In this document: piece by piece, positions 38,936 to 47,677 of the stretch
How positions within the stretch are numbered: position 1 is the stretch's first letter
How the letters are laid out: the number at the start of each line of letters is the position of its first letter
NCBI GenBank assembly: GCA_963743885.1
Contig: CAVURJ010000001.1
Span: 566,321-630,320 of the forward strand
Length of the DNA: 64,000 nucleotides
Direction of reading: 5' to 3'
From: Candidatus Moraniibacteriota bacterium
GTDB lineage: Bacteria; Patescibacteriota; Minisyncoccia; Moranbacterales; UBA1568
Notes under the pieces: generated by a model
Database searches by the model: none
Told to the model about the DNA's origin: nothing
Seen by the model: the letters and a program-made list of their open reading frames with translations, nothing else
Made by a program: the position numbers and the translations under genes

Positions 38936-39778
38936 ATGCCGAAGATACTGTTTGTCGAGGATGATCCGTTCATCGCTGAGATCTACAAGAAGAAGTTCGA
39001 GTCATCCGGCTTTGATGTGCTCAATGTCGCAAATGGTAAGGCCGTCCTTAAGGAAGCCAAGGAACAGAAGTTCGACCTCATCCTCTTGGACCTGGTGATC
39101 CCAGAGATGAGCGGCACTGAGGTGCTCCGTGAGCTCCGGCACAATCCGGACTATGATCCAGATATGAAGATTGTCGTCTTCAGCAACCTTTCCAGTCAGG
39201 AGGATCGCGACCAGTGTCTCAAGCTCGGAGCCAATGGCTTTATTTCCAAGACTGAGTTTTCTCCGTCCGAGGTAATCGGAGAAATCAATCGTTTCCTCCG
39301 CCAGTTCGATGAGCGCGAAAAAAATCTCGAGCGCGATGGCCAGGATGAGCAGGCGGCCGAGGAAGTGCGTCGCCAGGGCAAGGGTGCTGGCAAGAAAATT
39401 CTCTTTATCGAGGATGAGCCGGTCTTTGTCGAGATGTTTGGCAAGCGCCTTCGCGACGAAGGGTACGGAGTGACGGCGGTGCGCGATGGTGTCTCGGGTC
39501 TCCAGGCGGCGATCGATGGGACGTTTGATCTCGTCATCTGCGATATCATGATGCCGGGTATGGATGGCCGTGAGCTTGTGACCAAGTTGCGCGAGGCCGA
39601 GAAGGAGAATAATACGCCAGTCTTTGTATTCTCAGCATCGCTCGATACGGCCGAGCTCAAGGAGCTTGAGGCGACGCATGATGTGGAAAAGACGTTCCTC
39701 AAGACTCAGATCACGCCGAGCGAGCTGACATATGCTGTGAATGATTTTTTCAAGGAACGCGAGGAGAAAACTGCCTAA
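38936..39778 (+). CDS. Response regulator with two receiver domains and no output domain
   Basis: KILFVEDD..LLDLVIP and KILFIEDE..ICDIMMP. Confidence 0.9.
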   Translation: MPKILFVEDDPFIAEIYKKKFESSGFDVLNVANGKAVLKEAKEQKFDLILLDLVIPEMSGTEVLRELRHNPDYDPDMKIVVFSNLSSQEDRDQCLKLGANGFISKTEFSPSEVIGEINRFLRQFDEREKNLERDGQDEQAAEEVRRQGKGAGKKILFIEDEPVFVEMFGKRLRDEGYGVTAVRDGVSGLQAAIDGTFDLVICDIMMPGMDGRELVTKLREAEKENNTPVFVFSASLDTAELKELEATHDVEKTFLKTQITPSELTYAVNDFFKEREEKTA

Positions 39779-39799
39779 CTGATTGACTGAACGACCGAT

Positions 39800-41206
39800 A
39801 TGGAAAGGATACTGATCGCTGAGACACCGAAGCATACAGGGGAAGAAGTGAAGCTCGCCGGGTGGGTGCATGTGCGCCGCGATCATGGCAAGCTCGTGTT
39901 CATCGATCTCCGCGATCGGAGCGGTAAGGTGCAGATGGTGGTGCTGCCGCATCATCCGGAGGCACATGCCGCCGCCCAGGCGCTCCGTTCTGAGTGGGTC
40001 ATTGAGGTGACTGGCAACGTCAATCCGCGTCCGGAAAAGCTCGTCAATCATGACCAGCCGAATGGCGCCATCGAGATAGAAGTGCTTTCAATCAAAGTGC
40101 TGAACGAGGCAGAGACACCAGTGTTTGATATCGATTCGGATGGCAAGGAGATTGGCGAAGAGACGCGCCTCACATACCGGTATCTTGATTTGCGCCGTGA
40201 GCGGATGCAGCAGAATATCCGCAAGCGTCATGAAGTCATGCTCCGTCTCCGCCAGTCCTATTCAAACGAAGGTTTCGTCGAGATCGAGACGCCGTACATG
40301 ACCAAGTCGACACCGGAAGGTTCGCGCGACTATGTCGTCCCGTCCCGCATCGAGCAGGGCAAATTCTATGCGCTCCCGCAGTCGCCGCAGCAGTACAAGC
40401 AGCTCTTGATGTCTGCCGGGTTCGAGCGGTATTTCCAGATTGCTCGTTGTTTCCGCGATGAGGATACTCGTGGTGATCGCCAGCCGGAGTTCACCCAGGT
40501 GGATATGGAGATGAGCTTCGTCACGCAGGAAGATGTGATGCGGATCAACGAGGCGGTCATCGTGGATGCGGTCAAGACAATCTACCCGGAGAAGAGGATT
40601 CAGGAACTGCCGTTCCCGCGCATTACCTACAAGGAAGCGATGGAGAAGTACGGTTCCGATAAGCCGGATATCCGTACCGACAAGAACGATCCGAATCTGC
40701 TCGCATTCTGCTGGGTGATCGACTTCCCGTTCTTCGAGAACGATGACAAGGGTGGATGGACATTTACGCACAATCCGTTCTCCGCACCGAAGCCCGAGTG
40801 CATGGGCGACCTCATGGAGAAGAAGAATATCGGAGAGATTGTCGCAGCTCAGTATGATATGGTGCTCAATGGCTACGAGATCGGTGGCGGTGGTATCCGC
40901 AATCATGACCCGGAAGCGCTCAAGCGCGTGTTCCAGGTGATGGGCTATGAGGATGAGCGCATCGAGAAGAATTTCGGCCATATGCTCCAGGCGCTCGCTT
41001 CTGGCACGCCTCCACATGGCGGTTTGGCATTCGGTTTTGATCGTCTGATGATGCTTCTTCAGGGCGAGCCGAACATCCGCGAGGTCATCCCGTTCGCCAA
41101 GACCGGCGAGGGCAGGGATCTCATGATGCAGGCGCCTTCAGATATCTCTTCCGAGCAGTTGGCTGAGCTTGGTATCCGTATCGTGAGGCCGGAAAAAGCC
41201 GATTAA
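39800..41206 (+). CDS. aspS: Aspartate--tRNA ligase (short form lacking the GAD insert)
   Basis: RRDHG, YRYLDLRR, LPQSPQQYKQ, DRQPEFTQ, PPHGG. Confidence 0.95.
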   Translation: MERILIAETPKHTGEEVKLAGWVHVRRDHGKLVFIDLRDRSGKVQMVVLPHHPEAHAAAQALRSEWVIEVTGNVNPRPEKLVNHDQPNGAIEIEVLSIKVLNEAETPVFDIDSDGKEIGEETRLTYRYLDLRRERMQQNIRKRHEVMLRLRQSYSNEGFVEIETPYMTKSTPEGSRDYVVPSRIEQGKFYALPQSPQQYKQLLMSAGFERYFQIARCFRDEDTRGDRQPEFTQVDMEMSFVTQEDVMRINEAVIVDAVKTIYPEKRIQELPFPRITYKEAMEKYGSDKPDIRTDKNDPNLLAFCWVIDFPFFENDDKGGWTFTHNPFSAPKPECMGDLMEKKNIGEIVAAQYDMVLNGYEIGGGGIRNHDPEALKRVFQVMGYEDERIEKNFGHMLQALASGTPPHGGLAFGFDRLMMLLQGEPNIREVIPFAKTGEGRDLMMQAPSDISSEQLAELGIRIVRPEKAD

Positions 41207-41278
41207 CGGCTTAACTGGAATATTTTTCAGGAATGGGATACAATGGGGTGTATCCCATTTTTTGTGGCATGTTTCTGT

Positions 41279-42373
41279 ATGAGCAAGCTGGAGCAATTCC
41301 TCTCTGATATTCAAAAAGGCTTGATAGAGCGTTTTTTCAGCAATCTTTCTCCGGATATTGGCATTGATCTTGGGACAGCCAATACGCTCGTTTATGTGAA
41401 GGGGCGCGGTATCGTGATCAATGAGCCGTCGGTCGTGGCGGTCAACCAGCGGACCGGACAGATCCTCGCTATCGGCCGCGAGGCCAAGAAGATGGTCGGC
41501 AAGACCCCGAGTCATATCGTGGCGACTCGGCCGCTCGTCGATGGCGTGGTGAGCGATTTCGAGGTGACCCAGCAGATGCTCCGTTATTTCATCAACAAGG
41601 TGACGAAGGACGGCTTTTCGTTCCTGCGTCGGCCGCGCCTTCTCATCGGTATCCCGTCTGGTGTGACCGAAGTGGAGAAGCGTGCCGTGATTGAGGCAGG
41701 TCTCAGTGCCGGAGCGCGCCAGGTGTTCCTGATCGATGAGCCGATGGCAGCTGCTATTGGCGCCCGTCTGCCGGTCGTTGATGCTGGTGGCAATATGGTC
41801 GTCGATATCGGCGGCGGTACGACGGAGATCGCAGTCATCTCGCTCGGAGGTGTGGTCATCTCGCGCAGCCTTCGCGTGGCTGGTGATGAGATGAACGAAG
41901 ACATCGTGCGCTACAGTCGTGATGAGTTCAATATCTTGATTGGCGAGAAGACGGCTGAAGAGGCGAAGATCGCTATCGGCAATGCGTACCAGCAGCGCGA
42001 GCGGCTGACGTTTCCAATGCGCGGACGCGATCTGGTCTCTGGGTTGCCCAAGGAAGTGATTGCCAATGACGAGCATATGCGTGAGGCGCTTTCTCGTTCG
42101 ATTCGCATCATCGTGAACAATATCAAGACGATTGTCGAAGAGACACCGCCAGAGCTTCTAGCTGATGTTATGCAGCGCGGTATCATCCTGGCCGGTGGCG
42201 GCAGCCTCATCCGTGGCCTCGACAAGCTCATCGCCAACCAGACCGGCATTCCGGTGCGCATGATGGAAGATCCGCTTACGGCTGTTGTGCGCGGTACCGG
42301 CATCGTGCTCGATGATATGGAGCATCTCAAGGAAGTACTCATCGAAGAAGAAGAAGGAAGACCTCTGGGATAA
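41279..42373 (+). CDS. mreB: Rod shape-determining protein MreB
   Basis: IGIDLGTANT, DIGGGTTE, GIILAGGG. Confidence 0.95.
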   Translation: MSKLEQFLSDIQKGLIERFFSNLSPDIGIDLGTANTLVYVKGRGIVINEPSVVAVNQRTGQILAIGREAKKMVGKTPSHIVATRPLVDGVVSDFEVTQQMLRYFINKVTKDGFSFLRRPRLLIGIPSGVTEVEKRAVIEAGLSAGARQVFLIDEPMAAAIGARLPVVDAGGNMVVDIGGGTTEIAVISLGGVVISRSLRVAGDEMNEDIVRYSRDEFNILIGEKTAEEAKIAIGNAYQQRERLTFPMRGRDLVSGLPKEVIANDEHMREALSRSIRIIVNNIKTIVEETPPELLADVMQRGIILAGGGSLIRGLDKLIANQTGIPVRMMEDPLTAVVRGTGIVLDDMEHLKEVLIEEEEGRPLG

Positions 42374-42374
42374 A

Positions 42375-42530
42375 GAATGGTGAATTGAGAATCAAGAATT
42401 ATGAATGGGATGGGATCCGGAGAGTGTATTTCCAGGAATGGATGCTTTGCAGTTTTTGTCAGCAAATCGTACAAGAAAGGGAAACGGCTGATATGCAAAT
42501 CTTGATTCTTAATTCTTGATTCTGGATTCT
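42375..42530. repeat. 7-nt periodic inverted repeat
   Basis: gaattga-gaatcaa-gaattat ... ttgattc-ttaattc-ttgattc-tggattc. Confidence 0.75.
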
Positions 42531-42539
42531 TTTCCTATT

Positions 42540-43397
42540 ATGGCTTTACGGAGGAAATTCACACAGACCAAATTCTTCAAAGCGATGGTCGTTGCCGCCA
42601 TCCTTGGTCTGTTCATGGTGTTTCCGCCACGTTTTCTTTCTGACCCGCTCCGCGCGTTTTTTTCGATGGTTGCCTGGCCGATCGGGAAGGTGGCGTCATT
42701 CGTATCTTTCGAGGCGAGTGATGCCGCGCGCTTCTTCTCTTCCATAGGCAGCTTGAAGGATGAGAATATCCGTCTCGAGAAGGAGCGCTTGGTTCTTCTT
42801 GCTGAGAATGCCCGGCTTGCCGATCTGGTGAAAGATGATGAGACGCTCCGGAGCGAGCTTGGTCTTTTGCCGCGCGACGCGTTCGATCTTGCAGCCGTAT
42901 CAGTCATCGGACGTGAGGACGCTGATGGATCCGGGCACGCACTTATCATCGACCATGGATCCCTTTCTGGTATTGCAGAAGGAATGCCAGTCATCGTGTC
43001 GGGTGGCAAGACGGCTGCCGGCGCGTCTTCTGGCGTGCTCGTTGGACGTGTCGACCAGGTTTTCCCAGCGAGCGCTCGAGTGATGCTGGTTTCTGATCCT
43101 GAGAGTCGTATCAACGCTATCGTTCCAGATACCGATGCGCGTGGCATCGTGAAGGGTGAACATGGGCTCGGGGCGATGCTTGATATGGTGCTCCAAGCGG
43201 ATGCTATCCATGCTGGCGATACGGTTGTGACATCAGGGCTTGGCGGCGATATGCCAGAAGGTCTCCTTATCGGTACGCTCCAGGACCCGAGCTTTTCGCC
43301 TGACCGACTTTTCCGCCGCGCTGCGGTGGTCTTTCCTGTCCGTCATGATCGCCTGCGATACGTCTTTGTCATAATCGGTCCAGCAAAGAAACCATGA
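42540..43397 (+). CDS. mreC: Rod shape-determining protein MreC
   Basis: Coiled coil, IDHGS..GI..GMPV, VVTSGLGG; operon context. Confidence 0.9.
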   Translation: MALRRKFTQTKFFKAMVVAAILGLFMVFPPRFLSDPLRAFFSMVAWPIGKVASFVSFEASDAARFFSSIGSLKDENIRLEKERLVLLAENARLADLVKDDETLRSELGLLPRDAFDLAAVSVIGREDADGSGHALIIDHGSLSGIAEGMPVIVSGGKTAAGASSGVLVGRVDQVFPASARVMLVSDPESRINAIVPDTDARGIVKGEHGLGAMLDMVLQADAIHAGDTVVTSGLGGDMPEGLLIGTLQDPSFSPDRLFRRAAVVFPVRHDRLRYVFVIIGPAKKP

Positions 43398-43942
43398 AGA
43401 TATTCCTTCTCCGATCTTCTGCTATCGTTATCGCTGTCGCACTGCAGCTGTCATTCTTCGATATCGCTTTTCCGTGGTTCCATGTGCCGCTCCTGCTCAT
43501 AGCGTGTGTGGTGGCCTGGACGCTCGCACTCGGCTTTCCTGAATCGCTTCGGATGACCGTGCCGCTCTCGGTCGCTTTCGAGGTGTTTTCCTCGGGTACT
43601 GTCGGTATTTTCTCGCTCTACGCCGTCCTCCTCGCGTATGCGACGAGCTTCCTGTCGCGCCGTATTTTGGTCGGGCAGCGCGGTGCCGGTGCATTTTTGT
43701 ATGCAGTCTTCACGGCGGCGATGGCGCTCGCTTATCAGGGAGCGATGTATCTGCTTCTGCGTAGCCGGACAGATGCCGCCGAGTCGGATCTTCTGCGTCT
43801 CCCATCTGAATTTTCACCTGGTATGCTGTTCCTTTCTGTCGCTCTTGCCATCCTAGCGTTCCTCATCGCCTATCCGGCCATCTTACGCTTCGAAGAGCGT
43901 GCGAAATCAATTGCCCAGAAGCAGTTTTTGAATGTCAGGTAA
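43394..43942 (+). CDS. mreD: Rod shape-determining protein MreD
   Basis: Multi-TM protein between mreC and PBP2. Confidence 0.75.
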   Translation: MKIFLLRSSAIVIAVALQLSFFDIAFPWFHVPLLLIACVVAWTLALGFPESLRMTVPLSVAFEVFSSGTVGIFSLYAVLLAYATSFLSRRILVGQRGAGAFLYAVFTAAMALAYQGAMYLLLRSRTDAAESDLLRLPSEFSPGMLFLSVALAILAFLIAYPAILRFEERAKSIAQKQFLNVR

Positions 43943-43946
43943 TATG

Positions 43947-44095
43947 CCCGGTAGTAGAATTTCGAAATGAGATTCTTCCAGGGAATGAAAAAACCGATGT
44001 ACGTATTTTTCCACGGTCGTAGGAAAATATGTACATTCTGAATCAAAAGAGATATAGACGTGATTAAGTTAATTGTTCGAAATTTCACTACCGGG
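43947..44095. mobile_element. Family A start-codon-targeting element
   Basis: TIR cccggtagtagaatttcgaa / ttcgaaatttcactaccggg; TATG at 43943-43946 and 44096-44099. Confidence 0.85.
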
Positions 44096-44096
44096 T

Positions 44097-45986
44097 ATGA
44101 AGCTGTTCGTGAAGAAAAATGAGTACCGGAGTGGCAGCATGGAGATTGATGATGCCGTGCTGACCGTGACGGAGACGGGCGCAGCCAAGATCGAGTGGCC
44201 ACTCAATCGTTCGGTGCTCGGCGTATTCTTTGTTGTTGCAGTGCTCGGCCTCGCAGCGCTCGCTGGCCGCATCTTTTATCTCGATATCGTCAAGGGAGCG
44301 GAATACCAGGAGAAGGCGGCTCGCAATAGCCTTCGCCAGATCGTCATACCGGCGCCGCGCGGCATCGTCTACGACCGTTTCGGCAAGGCGCTTGTGCGCA
44401 ATACGCCGAGTATGGACGCGGTCCTTATCCCGACGGATGTTCCCGAAGGCGATGGACGCGACCGGCTCCGAGAGACGCTGATTGGACTGCTTTCGCTCGA
44501 TCGAAGCGAAGCCGAAGATGTGTTTTCGCGTCTCGATCGCCGTTCTACCAAGCCGGTACTACTTAAGGAGCGTATCAGTCAGGAAGAAGCGCTCCTTATC
44601 GCTGGACAGGGCCGGGAGCTCCGGGGCGTTGGCCTCTACCGATCGGCATATCGGGATTATATGGATGGTCTCATCTTCTCGCATATTCTGGGGTATGAAG
44701 GCAAGATCAAGAAAGAAGAGCTTGAGGAGCATCCCGAGTATCTCATGACCGATGCTATCGGCAAGCAGGGCATCGAGAAGAGCTACGAGTCCGTCTTGCG
44801 CGGTCGACATGGTTTCCAGCGTGTGGAGGTGGATGCACTCGGCCAGGTGAAGAAGGACCTTGGGACCGTGTATCCGGAGGCGGGAAATGATCTCTTCCTC
44901 AATATTGATGCCGATCTTCAGAAGAAGATTTTCGATAGCCTTCAGACGTTGCTCGAGAAGAATGGTCTGCATCGGGCTGCCGCTGTCGCGATCGATCCGC
45001 GCGATGGCGCTGTGCGGGCGCTGGTCAGCCTGCCGAGCTTCGATAACAATCTCTTTTCGCAAGGCATTTCCTCGGCTGATTATCGGATGCTTGCTGATGA
45101 TCCGTCGCAGCCACTCTTCAATCGTGCGGTCTCGGGTGAGTATCCGCCTGGTTCGACTATCAAGCCGGTCGTCGCGGCCGCTGCGCTCGCAGAAGGCGTC
45201 GTCAGTCCCGACACGGTCGTCGATAGTCTCGGTGGCGCGCTCCGCATTGGGGCGGCGTCATTTCGCGACTGGACGGTCCATGGGCCGAGTGCTATCCGTC
45301 AAGCGATCGCAGAGAGTAATGACATCTTCTTTTACACGATTGGCGGCGGATACGGTCCGGTCCGTGGCTTGGGGATGGACCGCATGAAGAAGTACGAGGG
45401 ACTCTTCGGTTATGGAGAAAGGACCGGTATCGATACGACCGGTGAGGCGGATGGCCTGGTGCCGGATGCTCGTTGGAAGGAAGAAAAAATTGGTGAACGG
45501 TGGAGCATCGGCAATACGTACCATGCTTCCATTGGGCAGGGCTTCGTGCTTTCGACGCCGCTCCAGATCCTCAATTCCGTCGCCGCGATAGCGAACGGAG
45601 GTACGCTCTATGAGCCGCATATCGCTGCCCAGGTTCGTTCGGCTGGCGGTCAGGCATCGGTCATTGCACCCAAGGTTATCCGGAGTGGATTCATCGATCC
45701 AGGAGTGCTCCGGGTCGTGCGTGAGGGGATGCGGCAGACAGTGACCGGGGGCACGGCGCAGTCGCTTCAGGATCTGCCGGTCGAGACTGCTGGCAAGACC
45801 GGTACGGCGCAGTTCGGCGGTGATGGCAAGACGCATGGTTGGTTCGTCTCATTCGCGCCATATGAACATCCGGAGCTCGCGATGATCGTGCTGGTCGAGG
45901 GGCAGGGCGAGGAGGGATACAACGCTGTACCTGTGACCAAGGAAGCTTTTAGCTGGTATTTCTCACGTCCGTCGGAAAGTAGATAA
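44097..45986 (+). CDS. mrdA: Penicillin-binding protein 2
   Basis: APRG.IYDR-like motif, PGSTIK (SxxK), SND, KTGT. Confidence 0.93.
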   Translation: MKLFVKKNEYRSGSMEIDDAVLTVTETGAAKIEWPLNRSVLGVFFVVAVLGLAALAGRIFYLDIVKGAEYQEKAARNSLRQIVIPAPRGIVYDRFGKALVRNTPSMDAVLIPTDVPEGDGRDRLRETLIGLLSLDRSEAEDVFSRLDRRSTKPVLLKERISQEEALLIAGQGRELRGVGLYRSAYRDYMDGLIFSHILGYEGKIKKEELEEHPEYLMTDAIGKQGIEKSYESVLRGRHGFQRVEVDALGQVKKDLGTVYPEAGNDLFLNIDADLQKKIFDSLQTLLEKNGLHRAAAVAIDPRDGAVRALVSLPSFDNNLFSQGISSADYRMLADDPSQPLFNRAVSGEYPPGSTIKPVVAAAALAEGVVSPDTVVDSLGGALRIGAASFRDWTVHGPSAIRQAIAESNDIFFYTIGGGYGPVRGLGMDRMKKYEGLFGYGERTGIDTTGEADGLVPDARWKEEKIGERWSIGNTYHASIGQGFVLSTPLQILNSVAAIANGGTLYEPHIAAQVRSAGGQASVIAPKVIRSGFIDPGVLRVVREGMRQTVTGGTAQSLQDLPVETAGKTGTAQFGGDGKTHGWFVSFAPYEHPELAMIVLVEGQGEEGYNAVPVTKEAFSWYFSRPSESR

Positions 45987-46030
45987 GCGGCTCACGGAAT
46001 GATGCCGGAGGAGATGAAGAGGAGCACGCG

Positions 46031-46249
46031 CCCCGTTGCAAATCTGAGGAAAATTCTCCGATATAAAGGTATAACGGGTATTCACCTCAGGGCAAGCCCT
46101 GGACTAAAAAAACGAACCGATTTTACCAGCACTCGCTCGGAAACGAAAGTACACTTTCGTTTCGCTCGCTTCGTTTGGTAATAAAAACCGTAGGGGATTG
46201 CTTTCGAGTTGATGTAAAATACCTCTATCAAGCCTCATTTGCAATGGGG
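46031..46249. mobile_element. Family B element abutting the greA -35 box, with a nested family C copy (46117-46184, minus strand)
   Basis: ccccgttgcaaat..tgagg / cctcatttgcaatgggg followed by TTGACA at 46250. Confidence 0.75.
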
Positions 46250-46350
46250 TTGACAATACCCCGCCTTCTGATACCATAAGAGGCGCTTTCGATAATTCTC
46301 TTCCTTCGGGAATGAGAGTTTTTGTTTCAATACTGATAATACCAACCATC

Positions 46351-46806
46351 ATGGCGCGGATTTTTACTGAAGAAGGTCTCCGGAAGATAAAGGAGGAGCT
46401 CGAGGATCGCAAGACGACGCTTCGCCAGGAGATCGCGGCCGCTATCAAGGAAGCCAAGGAGCAGGGCGACCTCTCCGAGAACGCTGAGTACAGCGAGGCC
46501 AAGCATCAGCAGAACGAGAATGAGTCGCGCATCGCTGAGCTCGAGACCATGCTCAAGGATTCCGTCGTCGCTGCGAAGCACCGGAGCACCTCGACCGTCG
46601 GCATCGGCTCGCGTCTTACCGTGAAGGTCGGCCACAAGGAGATGCAGTTCACGATCGTCGGTTCGAATGAAGTCGATCCGGCCCAGGGCAAGATCTCCAA
46701 TGAGTCTCCGCTCGGCAAGGAGTTCATGGGCAAGGGGAAGGGCGATAAGATTGAGTTCGCTGCTCCGGCTGGCAAGGTCAAATACGAGATCCTTGAGATC
46801 AAGTAG
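46351..46806 (+). CDS. greA: Transcription elongation factor GreA
   Basis: GDLSENAEY, ISNESPLG; terminator at 46814-46845. Confidence 0.95.
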   Translation: MARIFTEEGLRKIKEELEDRKTTLRQEIAAAIKEAKEQGDLSENAEYSEAKHQQNENESRIAELETMLKDSVVAAKHRSTSTVGIGSRLTVKVGHKEMQFTIVGSNEVDPAQGKISNESPLGKEFMGKGKGDKIEFAAPAGKVKYEILEIK

Positions 46807-46926
46807 ATATTTCAAGCCCCTCCTGCGTGGAGGGGCTTTCTTTTTGGCTTGACAGAACGGAAAATATTGATTAATCTTCCGATAAGATTTTCTGTTAATC
46901 TTTTTAAAACATTTTATGTATACTCT

Positions 46927-47352
46927 ATGAGCAAAAAACTTCTTATGGCTTTAGGACTGATAACTCTCCTTGGGGGATGGCTTTTTTTTGTTCCTGCTAA
47001 GCCACAATTTCCGGTCGATTACCTACCACTCTATAGTGTTGATGATTATATTAATGGCAATGCTATTGCGCCCACGACCAAAAGGGAAAATTTCCTCAAG
47101 ACGTATATCTATGGATGGAAAGACTGGACCAAGGAGGGCCACGACCCGCTTATCACTGAAGACGATTGGATTATCGCTATGATTGATAGCGGTCAACAGA
47201 AAAAAGCCTGGGGAATTGAGTATTCTAAACAAGAGTTGTTGACTACAGCACAAAAGGAAATAGAGTGGAGACAAAAAGTAAACAAAGATGGTCATAGAGA
47301 TAAAGAAATCGCTCGAATACAAAGTTTCATCGATATCCTCTCAAAGCACTAG
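46927..47352 (+). CDS. AT-rich membrane-anchored orphan protein
   Basis: N-terminal hydrophobic segment; codon style differs from its neighbours. Confidence 0.65.
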   Translation: MSKKLLMALGLITLLGGWLFFVPAKPQFPVDYLPLYSVDDYINGNAIAPTTKRENFLKTYIYGWKDWTKEGHDPLITEDDWIIAMIDSGQQKKAWGIEYSKQELLTTAQKEIEWRQKVNKDGHRDKEIARIQSFIDILSKH

Positions 47353-47551
47353 CATACGGTCATTGCCTGCCTGCGGGCTGATGGCGGGACTCCCGTAGGT
47401 AATCCCAACACGGAAGTCTGTACCACTTACGGGCGATATTCGAAGAAGTAGTTTCCTTCCTCATCCGAGAAGTCTCTCGGATGGGGATTTTTTCTTGCCT
47501 TTTCGCTTGGAAAAGGCTAAAATATGGCTACTATCTTGTGAAAACACTATG

Positions 47552-47676
47552 CCTGGTAGTAGAACTTCGACCGAGCATTCAGAATTATTACAAAAAGGCA
47601 GGTATTTCCGATATAACAAGAACTAATCAATCTTCCTCGATTTCATAAGAAATTGTCGAAGTTTCACTGACTTAGG
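47552..47676. mobile_element. Family A start-codon-targeting element
   Basis: cctggtagtagaacttcgac / gtcgaagtttcactgacttagg; TATG at 47548-47551 and 47677-47680. Confidence 0.8.
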
Positions 47677-47677
47677 T

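Noticed and set aside
47353-47677. T-box, lysine riboswitch or hammerhead ribozyme before lysS
   Set aside because: No T-box GGTGGNACCGCG, lysine-riboswitch consensus or complete CUGAUGA/GAAA core was found.
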